Virus record (IMG/VR): IMGVR_UViG_3300047321_000298
Coordinates: 64,001-128,000 of that record
DNA from: a virus
Taxonomy: Duplodnaviria > Caudoviricetes
Length of the DNA stretch: 64,000 bases
Strand: one strand, 5' to 3'
The translations under genes and the position numbers were made by a program. Numbering within the stretch: position 1 is the first letter of the stretch; every line of letters begins with the position of its first letter. This document shows, one piece after another, positions 8,676-18,048 of the stretch. Under the pieces are notes generated by a model, which did not search any database, was not told the DNA's origin, and saw nothing but the letters and a program-made list of their open reading frames with translations.

Positions 8676-9776
8676 TTATTGGGCCATCACCTGGACAACG
8701 GGAGCTTGCGGAACGACAGGGATCACAATCGGTTGCGGAACCGGCTGCGGCTGAATCGTGATCGGCGTCTCGACCACTTCCGGGGCGGGTGTGGGCGCTG
8801 CGACTTCGGCAGGGATCAGAGCTTCAGTGACCACTGCGGGAGCCTCCACGGCTGCTTCCGGTGCTCCTGCGACCGTTTCTTGCGCGGCTAGGATCGTAGC
8901 CGGATCGAACTCGCTTTCTGCGGAGCTAACAACGGGCTGCGTTGCTACGGGGCCAAGCTCCACAGCTTCCACGCCCGGGGTCGGTGCCGTATCGAGCGTC
9001 TTGTTCGCCGTGCCCACCAGAACCGCAGCGTACAGGCCGTTCACCGAGTATTCAGGAACGATGCCGATCCATGCGTCCCACACGATTTCGTCACGGCGGA
9101 ACTTCGTCAGGACCGTGAAGTAATCGACCGTGTTGACTTCTGTTGACGGGTGGAACACTTCGCGCAGCGACTCTTCCGTGATGTTGCCTTCGAGCGGGAA
9201 GAGCAGCTTGTGTTCGGTCAGGTCGTATTGTTCGTTGGGCGAGTTCGAGTACAGAACGACTGCCTGCGACAAGTCTTCAGCCGTCAGCTTCGGCATGCGA
9301 AGGTCCGGATTCTGAGAGATTGCGAACGACACGCTCAGATGCGTCGGCTCTTCGTTGCTCGCGGTCAATTCGCGCAGCATCTGCTCCGCAAGCGTCTCGT
9401 CGGAGTTTGTCGTGGCCGGTGCGCGAACAATCAACGAATCTTCGTCTTCGCCGTCGTCCGTGATTTGGATTACCGCGTCGTCTTCGTCTTCAAGGGTGCT
9501 GTAATCAGCCGGGTTGAAGACGATCAGGCGATTCAGGCGCTGTTCAAGCTCGCCATCGACGTTGTAGAACTGGTAGACCTTCAGAAACTTGTCCACGTCA
9601 CGGTTGTACACGTTGCCTTCAACGTCCGTGTAGATGACCTGTGGCGGATGGTCTTCCTGTGTTTTCGGGCTCAGGGTCAGGTTCGTCAGGAACAGGAATT
9701 TGACCTGGCTACCGTCCTTGCGCATCCATACACTGCCTTTTGACAGTTGCAAATCGAGGTTTTCGTTAGACGACAT
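8676..9776 (-). CDS. hypothetical protein, DUF1653-like N-terminus, Pro/Ala/Val/Glu-rich tail
   Basis: GSVWMRKDGSQV...PPQVIYTDVEGNVYNRDVDKFLKVY. Confidence 0.7.
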   Translation of the reverse strand: MSSNENLDLQLSKGSVWMRKDGSQVKFLFLTNLTLSPKTQEDHPPQVIYTDVEGNVYNRDVDKFLKVYQFYNVDGELEQRLNRLIVFNPADYSTLEDEDDAVIQITDDGEDEDSLIVRAPATTNSDETLAEQMLRELTASNEEPTHLSVSFAISQNPDLRMPKLTAEDLSQAVVLYSNSPNEQYDLTEHKLLFPLEGNITEESLREVFHPSTEVNTVDYFTVLTKFRRDEIVWDAWIGIVPEYSVNGLYAAVLVGTANKTLDTAPTPGVEAVELGPVATQPVVSSAESEFDPATILAAQETVAGAPEAAVEAPAVVTEALIPAEVAAPTPAPEVVETPITIQPQPVPQPIVIPVVPQAPVVQVMAQ

Positions 9777-9818
9777 TCTAAAAATCCTTTAGGGAAGGGG
9801 TTACGCCTGCTTCATTAG

Positions 9819-10193
9819 TTATTTACTCGTCGCAGGTGCATCTTTCGCAGGTATTTGTGCACCCGCTTTCACGTTTATATTCAACAACTTAGAGGTCAGT
9901 TGCACGTATCTGGCAAAGCGTCCGGAGCAGTCGGTATAAGCGTTTGCCCATGCAGAAATGGGGTCCAACGTGTCGCTTTCTGAGTACGGCCGGGTGTCAA
10001 GCGAAGCCATCGGCGTGCAGGGTGCGATTAGCTGCTCGTCAATCGTTACGGACTGCTTGGCAGCAACGGTAGCCGGTAGGTCAGGGGCCACAGGTTTAGG
10101 CGGGGCCATTGAGCAGCCGCTAACAAGCACGGACACGCCGACAACAAAAAGTGCAAGTGCCACCAGCACTAGATCGCTCTTCTGTAGCTTCAT
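9819..10193 (-). CDS. o-spanin (outer-membrane lipoprotein)
   Basis: hydrophobic signal plus lipobox VSGC, Pro-rich mature part, overlaps the end of the i-spanin. Confidence 0.75.
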   Translation of the reverse strand: MKLQKSDLVLVALALFVVGVSVLVSGCSMAPPKPVAPDLPATVAAKQSVTIDEQLIAPCTPMASLDTRPYSESDTLDPISAWANAYTDCSGRFARYVQLTSKLLNINVKAGAQIPAKDAPATSK

Positions 10194-10600
10194 TGAGATG
10201 CCCCGATAGGTGCTGAGGCAGGCGACTCAGCTTTCAGTATGTTGTTGATCGCTTGGACCGTTGGCAGAGACCAGCCGCACGATTTCGCTGTTTGCGGATT
10301 GGCTTCGCGATACTGCGTGACAACGCGCGACCGGGTAGTCATGGCCGCGAACGTAGCTGAGGCTGCGTCGGCGCGTGCGGCCTGCGCGTCACTCTCGAAC
10401 TGCTCCAGCTTGCCGTTGTTTGCTGCAACCTGGAGATTGTTCGCATCGACCATCTTGTTGATTGTGGTTTGCTGCGTGTCCCATGCCACTTGATAGCCCT
10501 TGCTGTAGCCGTGACTCGAACCGGCCTCAAACGCACCGAGTAGAATCGCTAGGACTGCCACAAGGGGTAGCACGTACTTCAAAAGTAACGTTCCAATCAT
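10190..10600 (-). CDS. i-spanin (Rz-like)
   Basis: N-terminal TM (MIGTLLLKYVLPLVAVLAILLG) then helical periplasmic domain; start moved to 10600 (ATGA overlap with primase). Confidence 0.7.
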   Translation of the reverse strand: MIGTLLLKYVLPLVAVLAILLGAFEAGSSHGYSKGYQVAWDTQQTTINKMVDANNLQVAANNGKLEQFESDAQAARADAASATFAAMTTRSRVVTQYREANPQTAKSCGWSLPTVQAINNILKAESPASAPIGASQ

Positions 10601-11640
10601 TCCTGCACCTCGCACGAGAAGTATTTCGATTTGATACGGTCGATAATCCACGCGGGACAGTTGCCGGGATCAAACAAATCAACCCCGTCCTCTTTCGCGC
10701 GTTTCGACGGCTCCGGATAATGCGCATATAGCTGGTAGGGCGAACCCTTCACGGCCCACAACCTGATGGCCACAACGTCGAAGAAATTCCTTAGCTGGGG
10801 TTTCAATTTGTCGGTTGCGTCGATGCCCGCATCGTCACCGTCCATCATCAAAATGATGCGTTCGACTCCTGAGATTTCCAGCAGACGGGACTTTTTGTCG
10901 GACCAGGACTGGGTGCCGAAAATACACACAGCAGGAATGCCGGACATAATCAAACGCAAGGCATCTCGCTGACCTTCGACCAGCACCAGCGTGTTCAATC
11001 CCATGTCCTTCATCATCTGCAACGACAGATCGAATGGCCACAATCCGCGCGATTTTGACCAGCCGTCGTGATCGATGGCAGCGGCCAGCAGGTAGGAGGG
11101 TTTGTCCTTTTTCTTCTTCAGACGTGCGAGAAAGAAGCCTTCGGTTTCACCCTTGACGACGACCGGGAAATGAATGAATTTTTCTGTTCCCCATTTTTCA
11201 TATTCTTCGAACCACCGATAACAAAAACGAGCGCCAAGCTCGATCAGGAGATTCGTGGGTATCTGACGCCAGAATTTGTTTCGGGGAAGCTTCGAGAACT
11301 TGAATTTGTCCTTGCGATATTTCTCTTGGACAGTGAGCATCGATAGACCTTTGCTCATTAACAGGTCCATCGCTTCCTCATCCTTGGGCGGCCCCTTGGT
11401 GTAGGGCTGCAGTCCCAAGCGAGGTGCAACTTCGTCCCACGTAGCACGAGCAGGGCACGCAAAGCATTTGAAACGGCCTAGCCCACGTTCCCCTAACCAG
11501 ATGCTGCCTGAGGGCGTCCGCTCGCTGTGGTAGGGGCACAGGATCATCACCCGGTTACCTGCGTCTTTCTTCTGCCCCGCGTACCGTGCTAGCTGATCAC
11601 GGATGAAGTTGTATTTATTCTGCCGATCAATCGCGTCCAT
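10597..11640 (-). CDS. DNA primase (CHC2 Zn finger + TOPRIM)
   Basis: CPYHSERTPS...CFAC; LVEGQRDAL; MMDGDDAG. Confidence 0.9.
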   Translation of the reverse strand: MDAIDRQNKYNFIRDQLARYAGQKKDAGNRVMILCPYHSERTPSGSIWLGERGLGRFKCFACPARATWDEVAPRLGLQPYTKGPPKDEEAMDLLMSKGLSMLTVQEKYRKDKFKFSKLPRNKFWRQIPTNLLIELGARFCYRWFEEYEKWGTEKFIHFPVVVKGETEGFFLARLKKKKDKPSYLLAAAIDHDGWSKSRGLWPFDLSLQMMKDMGLNTLVLVEGQRDALRLIMSGIPAVCIFGTQSWSDKKSRLLEISGVERIILMMDGDDAGIDATDKLKPQLRNFFDVVAIRLWAVKGSPYQLYAHYPEPSKRAKEDGVDLFDPGNCPAWIIDRIKSKYFSCEVQE

Positions 11641-12364
11641 TTTCCGTTTTCCGTCTAGGCGGAAGCACATCTAGATTCGGGTTCTTGTACAGCACCGCTT
11701 CGAGCGCGTTAAACGCTTTCAGCAAGCCATCGGTTTCCGTGAACGTGTTGCCCCACGAGTACCAGCGTGAGCACAGACTTTGCGTGTGGATGAACAACGG
11801 CCGGTTGTAGATCGCGGGGTACCGATAGAACACGTACCGCGTTGGCTCCTGATCGCGGATTTCCGGAATCCAGGAGTCGTCCGTCGAAAACAGCAGCCTC
11901 ACAGACTTATTTACTACGTCGTAGCAGCCCGTGAGGTGTAGCGGAACTTTTTCGGCCAGGACAATGAAGTACGAGTGATCCGACTGGTTGTTGATGATCG
12001 CTAGATACGGATCGTCTAACAGCAACCGAACATCCGACATCATCTGGTTGAGCTTGTACAGATTGCGTGCGCCTTCGAATCTCGAATCTATTTCCGTCAG
12101 CAACTCTTTGAGTTTGGTTGTGATGGTCGCAGATGCCGGACCGGATTCAGATATCACCGATACAGTGAGATACTTGTTGCGCTGGGGGATCGCAACAACG
12201 TCCTCTGTCTTGTTCAGACTGGATATGAGCAGGGAATAGATACCGCGAAATCGGGATTCGGTGTGAGCCCCGTGTTTCGTCTGTTCGTCCCTGAAAACGG
12301 GGAACGGTTTTACTGGCGTTGTTGCAGCCAGCATCACCGAGCCATAGACAGATGACTCTTGCAT
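11627..12364 (-). CDS. hypothetical protein
   Basis: 245 aa ORF in the replication cluster. Confidence 0.7.
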   Translation of the reverse strand: MQESSVYGSVMLAATTPVKPFPVFRDEQTKHGAHTESRFRGIYSLLISSLNKTEDVVAIPQRNKYLTVSVISESGPASATITTKLKELLTEIDSRFEGARNLYKLNQMMSDVRLLLDDPYLAIINNQSDHSYFIVLAEKVPLHLTGCYDVVNKSVRLLFSTDDSWIPEIRDQEPTRYVFYRYPAIYNRPLFIHTQSLCSRWYSWGNTFTETDGLLKAFNALEAVLYKNPNLDVLPPRRKTENGRD

Positions 12365-12385
12365 AGGGGAACCTCTGAGGGCTGG

Positions 12386-12757
12386 TTAATTCGTGGCGAG
12401 CATCTGGGGGACGGTGATCGCGCGGTTGCGGACCGTTCCACCAAAGAGGTGCGCGAGTTCGACGGGATTCTCAATCTCTGAATCCATGAGCACGTCAATT
12501 ACGTCGAATATCAGTAGCTCGCGCTGATCGGCCGTAGAGGCAAAAAACATCGTTGAGTACAGTTCCTGCTCAAAGACGTAAGTGCCTCTAGGCTCAGATG
12601 CGTCGTATGACGTGATGGTGAGTTGCATGTCGAACACGCCGCTAACCTTCGTCACAAACAGCAGATACGTGATGGGCGTGTCCTGCTTCTCCGCATCAAA
12701 TATCTGCCATTCATCATCACCAACCCGATCTACTGTGTATCGGGCCTGTGCTGTCAT
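12386..12757 (-). CDS. hypothetical protein
   Basis: 123 aa ORF, ATGA-coupled to the polymerase. Confidence 0.7.
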   Translation of the reverse strand: MTAQARYTVDRVGDDEWQIFDAEKQDTPITYLLFVTKVSGVFDMQLTITSYDASEPRGTYVFEQELYSTMFFASTADQRELLIFDVIDVLMDSEIENPVELAHLFGGTVRNRAITVPQMLATN

Positions 12758-15700
12758 GCTTCTACTTCCTCCTTAATTGCGTCCCTGATCTGTGCGTCAA
12801 GATCGGGAACGTTCAGCAGCGGGAAATTCTTCTGGAGCCAACGGCGCGTATCCTTCATCGTCCACGGCTTGAGAATCTTCTCTAAAACTTCGGACTGTGA
12901 GCCTTCGAGCACGCCCAGTTCCTCCGAGTCCTTCAGGGTTGATTTCAGGCCGGAAATGAGGTTAGGCAACGACCAGTCCCACTTGTAGGTCTGTGCGTCG
13001 TGTGCCCCGATTTCGATTTCGATTTCGGGCTCGACCGTGAACTCGATGTTGAAGTCTTCGAGGTACGCTTGAGTCACGCCATACGTCGCCTGGTATTGCA
13101 GAATGTGGATGAACGGAATCACCATTTCGTAGGGGACGCTGTAGTAATTTGCGTCGTGCACAGTTCGATTGAACAGAACACGCCAGTCCCAGTTGGTCCC
13201 ATCGAGGCTTAGCCACTCCTTGAAGCGTCGCAGGTGCATGTAGTAAGCCTTCATGATTTCCCGCCCAGCCTTCACCCCAATCTCCGATGCCATACCCTGC
13301 ACTGGAGCGTTAGAACCACGCCGCACCTGTTCCGCAACGATTGCCCGGTTCTCTGTCATGGCCGCAGGCAGAAAGCGACGACGGCCGTTAGGCGCGTAGA
13401 CGTAATACTCGTTTTCTGCCATCTCCTGCATCTTCTTGGTCCAACGCGCGCCAGCTTTGAATTCCTTGAACATCTTGTCGATGATGTCCTGCGCGTAGCC
13501 CGTGCGATCTTCTTCGAGCAGGGCGGTCAGCTTCAGGTCAAGCTCTTCGAGCATCTTGTTGATTTCGATCAGACGCTTGCTGTCCTTCGTGACCAGCGAT
13601 TCTTCGTAGAGCGCGGAAATCTTGCCCTTCAACGAATCCATGTCACCCTTCTTCGTGTCGATACCCAAGGTCTTTGCTCCCTTGCCGTACAGCACGCCGA
13701 ACACAACCGCCTTCACGGCGTCACGGAGCGGGTGATCCTTGTCCACCAACTGACCGAAGAACCGGAGCACGTTCAAGATGTGGATGTCGCCTTTCTCCTT
13801 GATCGCCTTCTTGTTCTCGTCTGTCGGGTTCTTGATGAAGTCTTGGCGCAGCTTCTGGCCAGCACGGAACGCTTCGGCCAACACCTTGTCTCCAGCGATA
13901 ATCGACCACACGCGAACTTCGTGAGCAGAGTAGTCGTACCGGATCATCAGGTACCCTTTCTTCGCCACGAACATGCGCTTGATGATCTTCGCGAGCTTCC
14001 CGCGCGATGGAATCTGCTGAAGGTTCGGACCCATCGAAGCTAGACGGCCGGTGACCACGGCCCAGATCGAGTAGTCGGGTCTCAGGTGATTGTCGAACGC
14101 CGCGTCGATGTTCACGGTGAGCCGCTTGTACCACCCCTTGACGTAGGTGGACATCAACTTGTGCAACGCTTGAAATTCACCGTACAGCGAGATGATCTTG
14201 TTCGTGTCCTTGTAGTGAGCAACGAACGCTTTGTCGATGGCCGGTGCGCCCGTAGCAGTCTGAGATAGCGGCTCTAGCCCCAGGATATCGAGAAAGAGCT
14301 TCCGCTTGTGGAGCGGCTTCGTCAGCTTGAACATCCAGGTTGCTGCGACATTCTTGAACCCTAGTCCCGCAGACTTGAATCCCGACTCGTTCAGCAGTTC
14401 CTTGTTTGCCTGCTTTACTTCCCGGTGGACCTTGAACTCGCCTTCCGCCCGTGTCAGTTCCTTCTGGAGTGGCGACTCCGCACCGAGCAGGTGCTTCAGG
14501 TACGATTTCTGGATCAGAGACCCGTCCTGCTTCAAATGCGATAGCTGGTGAGCGGTGTCGCCCATCTGGCAGAGCATGTGCCGCAGGTAATACGGCTTGT
14601 AGTTCTGCCCAGCAATCTCCATGAACGACGAGCGACGTATCTGCTCTTTACGTATGTGGAAAATCGACACAACGTCAGTCGCAGCGTACGCCAGAAAGTC
14701 TTTGGATGACGGATCGGTCGAACCGGTGTTCGAACGTTCCTCTTTCGAGAATGCGGCCTTGAAATAGAAGTCGTTGCCGTACGAGCAGTAGATCGGCCGC
14801 AGACCACCGAACTTCGAACTGTCGTTTGCTGCTTCATCGCGGATCGACGTGACGTGATTAAGCGCCGAAATGTTTTCGTCTAGCTCGTGCTCGCCAAACG
14901 TCACTTCCCAAACGTCGTGCCAGATGATCGGAATCTTCAGGCATTGTCTGATCACACGCAAATCAAACATGCCGTTCATCGTTATGAGAAGCTTGCGATC
15001 CTCGTAGTCCTTCGAGAACCGTTTTTTCAACTCACGTTTTATGTACAGACGCTCGTCGTCCGTCCAGTGCACCAGCGGGTGATCAACAGGAATCACGTAG
15101 CCGGTTTCTGGCGCGTGGTCCATACAGAACTGGATCGTATATATTCGATTGAACAGGACCGACAGGTTACGTGTTTCCGTGTCTACCGCGATGATCCGCG
15201 CTTCATCGAAACGGCGCATCACCTGGTTGAATTTCTCAATCGTATCTACATACTTTGGCTTTGCCTGTATGTGCGAGAGATTGTGCGGCATCCTTCCGAT
15301 AAACAGATTCATCAGATGCCGACACCAGAACCCTAAGAGGTTTGCGTACTCGCCGTCCTTCTCCATGAGTTTGAAGAAGTCCAGGGTCGATACCACTTTC
15401 AGATCGAGCCCCTGGACCTTCAGTTCGTGGACCCACCCACGTTTGTATTGTGGGTGTTCGATCATCGGAAATAGCGCACGCATCGCCTGATCGCCGGACA
15501 CCAGGATGTGTGTCGGCTTGATTTTCTGAATCAGCTTGTGGATGCGTTCGGCAAACAGGCCCTCAGCCTCACGGCGATGGCCCGGACTCAAATGCAGATG
15601 TCGGAACGCGTTGAAGTTGGCAACCGTGTAAGCCGCTTCAGGTAGCCCCTTCTTCTGGTAGGGAACCGACAGCTTCCGTGCGTATTTGATAGCGTTCTTC

Positions 15701-15897
15701 ACCGGGGTCATCGTGTCCTGATGACCAAGCATCTCGCCTTCTTTCAGGTCCCGGATGTCTACCGTCTGCATCACGACCAGGACGCGGGTCTTTGAGTCAC
15801 CCCACGTCCTACACTGCTTGATGCCTAGCCCGTAAGGCTCGCGTTTGGCGAACGCTTCGGTTTGTATGTCAAATGCAAATGCCCGCTCAAGCAACAT
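12754..15897 (-). CDS. polA: family A DNA polymerase with 3'-5' exonuclease and N-terminal UDG-like domain
   Basis: ExoI DTET, ExoII NGMFDL, ExoIII YAATD; TGRLAS..PNLQQIP; motif A DYSAHEVR, motif B KAVVFGVLYG, motif C VHDA. Confidence 0.95.
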   Translation of the reverse strand: MLLERAFAFDIQTEAFAKREPYGLGIKQCRTWGDSKTRVLVVMQTVDIRDLKEGEMLGHQDTMTPVKNAIKYARKLSVPYQKKGLPEAAYTVANFNAFRHLHLSPGHRREAEGLFAERIHKLIQKIKPTHILVSGDQAMRALFPMIEHPQYKRGWVHELKVQGLDLKVVSTLDFFKLMEKDGEYANLLGFWCRHLMNLFIGRMPHNLSHIQAKPKYVDTIEKFNQVMRRFDEARIIAVDTETRNLSVLFNRIYTIQFCMDHAPETGYVIPVDHPLVHWTDDERLYIKRELKKRFSKDYEDRKLLITMNGMFDLRVIRQCLKIPIIWHDVWEVTFGEHELDENISALNHVTSIRDEAANDSSKFGGLRPIYCSYGNDFYFKAAFSKEERSNTGSTDPSSKDFLAYAATDVVSIFHIRKEQIRRSSFMEIAGQNYKPYYLRHMLCQMGDTAHQLSHLKQDGSLIQKSYLKHLLGAESPLQKELTRAEGEFKVHREVKQANKELLNESGFKSAGLGFKNVAATWMFKLTKPLHKRKLFLDILGLEPLSQTATGAPAIDKAFVAHYKDTNKIISLYGEFQALHKLMSTYVKGWYKRLTVNIDAAFDNHLRPDYSIWAVVTGRLASMGPNLQQIPSRGKLAKIIKRMFVAKKGYLMIRYDYSAHEVRVWSIIAGDKVLAEAFRAGQKLRQDFIKNPTDENKKAIKEKGDIHILNVLRFFGQLVDKDHPLRDAVKAVVFGVLYGKGAKTLGIDTKKGDMDSLKGKISALYEESLVTKDSKRLIEINKMLEELDLKLTALLEEDRTGYAQDIIDKMFKEFKAGARWTKKMQEMAENEYYVYAPNGRRRFLPAAMTENRAIVAEQVRRGSNAPVQGMASEIGVKAGREIMKAYYMHLRRFKEWLSLDGTNWDWRVLFNRTVHDANYYSVPYEMVIPFIHILQYQATYGVTQAYLEDFNIEFTVEPEIEIEIGAHDAQTYKWDWSLPNLISGLKSTLKDSEELGVLEGSQSEVLEKILKPWTMKDTRRWLQKNFPLLNVPDLDAQIRDAIKEEVEA

Positions 15898-15932
15898 GGG
15901 TTGATCCTTAGTTCGAACTCTCTACTTGCTAT

Positions 15933-16652
15933 TTACTGCGGGCAAAGCGCTTCATTGCGGTGTTGAGCGATGTCGTCCCCTAACGCCAGCAGACAGTCGT
16001 TGAGGAAAGTTGACTGCATGTACTGCCCATGCTCGGTGTACATACGGGCACCAGTCAGGAACTTGCTAGTCTGTTCGATGAACCGATCATGATCAGACAT
16101 GAAGTTGAAACCCATCTCCAAGCCCAGACCGATTGTCAGTTGACGACCTTCGGCTGAATAAATCATCATCAGATCGGCGTCACGCATGCACTGATGCATG
16201 AGCGAAGCGGGTTCGCGGGGAAAGGTCCCGTTGGAGAACTCCGTGCAGCGGATGGTGTCGATCACCTTCGCGAGCGTTGAACTGGAGACCACGTCGTGTA
16301 GCCGGTACTGCGCGAAGCGGGTCGCGCGGCCGATGTTCTCGCGGTCGGACGTGCGGCCTCCGCTGTGATTGTGGTCATGGAACAGCGCAGCGAGGACGAG
16401 CGCGGGGATGCTGGTATCTAGCAGGGGGCCTGGGCTGTTCATGGCGCACGAGTGGGCCCAGTAAACACAACTCAACTCGTGATGCAGATTGTGGTATGGG
16501 TTCTGCGTGTGCGTGCCCGATTGCGCGAGAAGCATGAGGGTACTGAAATCATCGGGGAAGTAATGCGAGAGAATATTCAAACCCTCAACTGAGGGTTCGA
16601 GTGCCACCTCGTCCGAGATTAGCGGGATGATCCGGGTGTTTTCGTTAGTCAT
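15933..16652 (-). CDS. HD-domain phosphohydrolase (class I PDE-like motif spacing)
   Basis: NPYHNLHH...AALFHDHNHSG...RDADL. Confidence 0.8.
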   Translation of the reverse strand: MTNENTRIIPLISDEVALEPSVEGLNILSHYFPDDFSTLMLLAQSGTHTQNPYHNLHHELSCVYWAHSCAMNSPGPLLDTSIPALVLAALFHDHNHSGGRTSDRENIGRATRFAQYRLHDVVSSSTLAKVIDTIRCTEFSNGTFPREPASLMHQCMRDADLMMIYSAEGRQLTIGLGLEMGFNFMSDHDRFIEQTSKFLTGARMYTEHGQYMQSTFLNDCLLALGDDIAQHRNEALCPQ

Positions 16653-17649
16653 TTTTGAGTTTGAGCAGGTGAGGGAGGATCATTGATGCGACGTGTTGCA
16701 TCAGAGGAACAACCACTGAATTACCGAACTGCTTGTAGGCACGTGTGTCGGAGACTGGGATTACGAATGAATCGGGGAATCCCATCAGGCGCGCGCACTC
16801 GCGGGGTGTCAGCTTGCGTGGGTTCATCGAACCACGGCTAACGAGAATTTCGGAGCCGTCCTTGTAGTAGCGGGCACTCAGCGTACGCGCGACATCTGAC
16901 GGTCCGACGACCGAGCAGCCGAACCCGTTACCCGCGTCCTTGTGCTTCTGTGCGTAGCCCTGAAGGAACGCCCACAGTTTGTCGCTCAGGACGTAGCGCG
17001 GATTAATGCCACCCGGAACGATGAAACGGTCGTCCACTGGCTCGGACCGTCTGTGTAGTACCTGAGCCATAGTGACGCCATCCGTAGTCGGTAACGGCTT
17101 CTGATCGAAGGAGAAGGGCACGGGCCTACGGAACCCAACGATCACAATGCGCAGCCGCTTCTGCGGTGTGAAGTGCTGGCCGTTCAGCACGCGATAGTGC
17201 ACGTCGTAACCAAGATCGGTCAGCGTCTGGTAGATCACGCGGAACGTGTTGCCGCCGTCGTGGGACAAAAGATTGCGGACGTTTTCAAGCATGAAGGCGT
17301 GAGGCTGCTTGTGCTTGATGATGCGTGCAACATCGAAGAAGAGGGTGCCGCGCGTCTCGTCTTCGAACCCGTGCTTGCGGCCCATCGAATTGTTTTTCGA
17401 TACGCCTGCAATTGAGAACGGCTGACACGGAAACCCTGCAACCAGCACGTCGTGGTCTGGAATAGATGACGCTTTGATGTTCGTGATGTCCCCATGGATC
17501 GGATCGTCACCGAAGTTAGCGCGGTACGTCTGCTGTGCGTAAGAGTCGAACTCAGAGGTGAACACGCATTCGCCACCCACGTTTTCAAACGCAGTGCGGA
17601 GCCCGCCGATCCCTGCAAACAGGTCAATGAACGTAAATTTTCTCTTCAT
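16645..17649 (-). CDS. dcm: orphan C5-cytosine DNA methyltransferase, Dcm/EcoRII-like
   Basis: FAGIGG, GFPCQPFS, ENV, QKRLRI, TLSARYYKDGSEIL and AYKQFGNSVVVP as in E. coli Dcm; start moved to MKRKF (17649). Confidence 0.92.
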   Translation of the reverse strand: MKRKFTFIDLFAGIGGLRTAFENVGGECVFTSEFDSYAQQTYRANFGDDPIHGDITNIKASSIPDHDVLVAGFPCQPFSIAGVSKNNSMGRKHGFEDETRGTLFFDVARIIKHKQPHAFMLENVRNLLSHDGGNTFRVIYQTLTDLGYDVHYRVLNGQHFTPQKRLRIVIVGFRRPVPFSFDQKPLPTTDGVTMAQVLHRRSEPVDDRFIVPGGINPRYVLSDKLWAFLQGYAQKHKDAGNGFGCSVVGPSDVARTLSARYYKDGSEILVSRGSMNPRKLTPRECARLMGFPDSFVIPVSDTRAYKQFGNSVVVPLMQHVASMILPHLLKLKND

Positions 17650-17852
17650 GCTCTTTTGTTCCACAGTTCGACTGCCTCTCTCTCGCGTTCCCCAACCGGT
17701 CCCGATGCTTCGGGCCCCAGAGCCCCGCATTTTGAGCAACGGACGCACCAGAACGAGAACCCGAAGCCAACTTCATAATTTTCAATTTCGTTGAGGCTAC
17801 CTTTACCGTTATCGAATGGGCACGGAAGGATGGAAGGGAGCTTAGACTTCAC
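17646..17852 (-). CDS. Lar-family (restriction alleviation) Zn-ribbon protein
   Basis: LPCPF...VRCSKCGALGP...AVELWNKRA. Confidence 0.7.
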   Translation of the reverse strand: MKSKLPSILPCPFDNGKGSLNEIENYEVGFGFSFWCVRCSKCGALGPEASGPVGEREREAVELWNKRA

Positions 17853-18048
17853 GAACGATCCTCAGGGCCTCAACACGCTGGATATCCAGGCGACCCTCCG
17901 GAGTGTTTACGTTCATTAGCAAGCGCCACGACCCGTCGGGCAGTTTGTCTAGATGGATGAATTCCTTTTCAACGGCGGGCGTCGCGAACTTCGACAGGTC
18001 TAGCAACAGGTGAAGGTCAGGACCTTCAATCTTGATCGAGCGTTTCAT
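17842..18048 (-). CDS. hypothetical protein
   Basis: 68 aa coupled ORF. Confidence 0.6.
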   Translation of the reverse strand: MKRSIKIEGPDLHLLLDLSKFATPAVEKEFIHLDKLPDGSWRLLMNVNTPEGRLDIQRVEALRIVREV

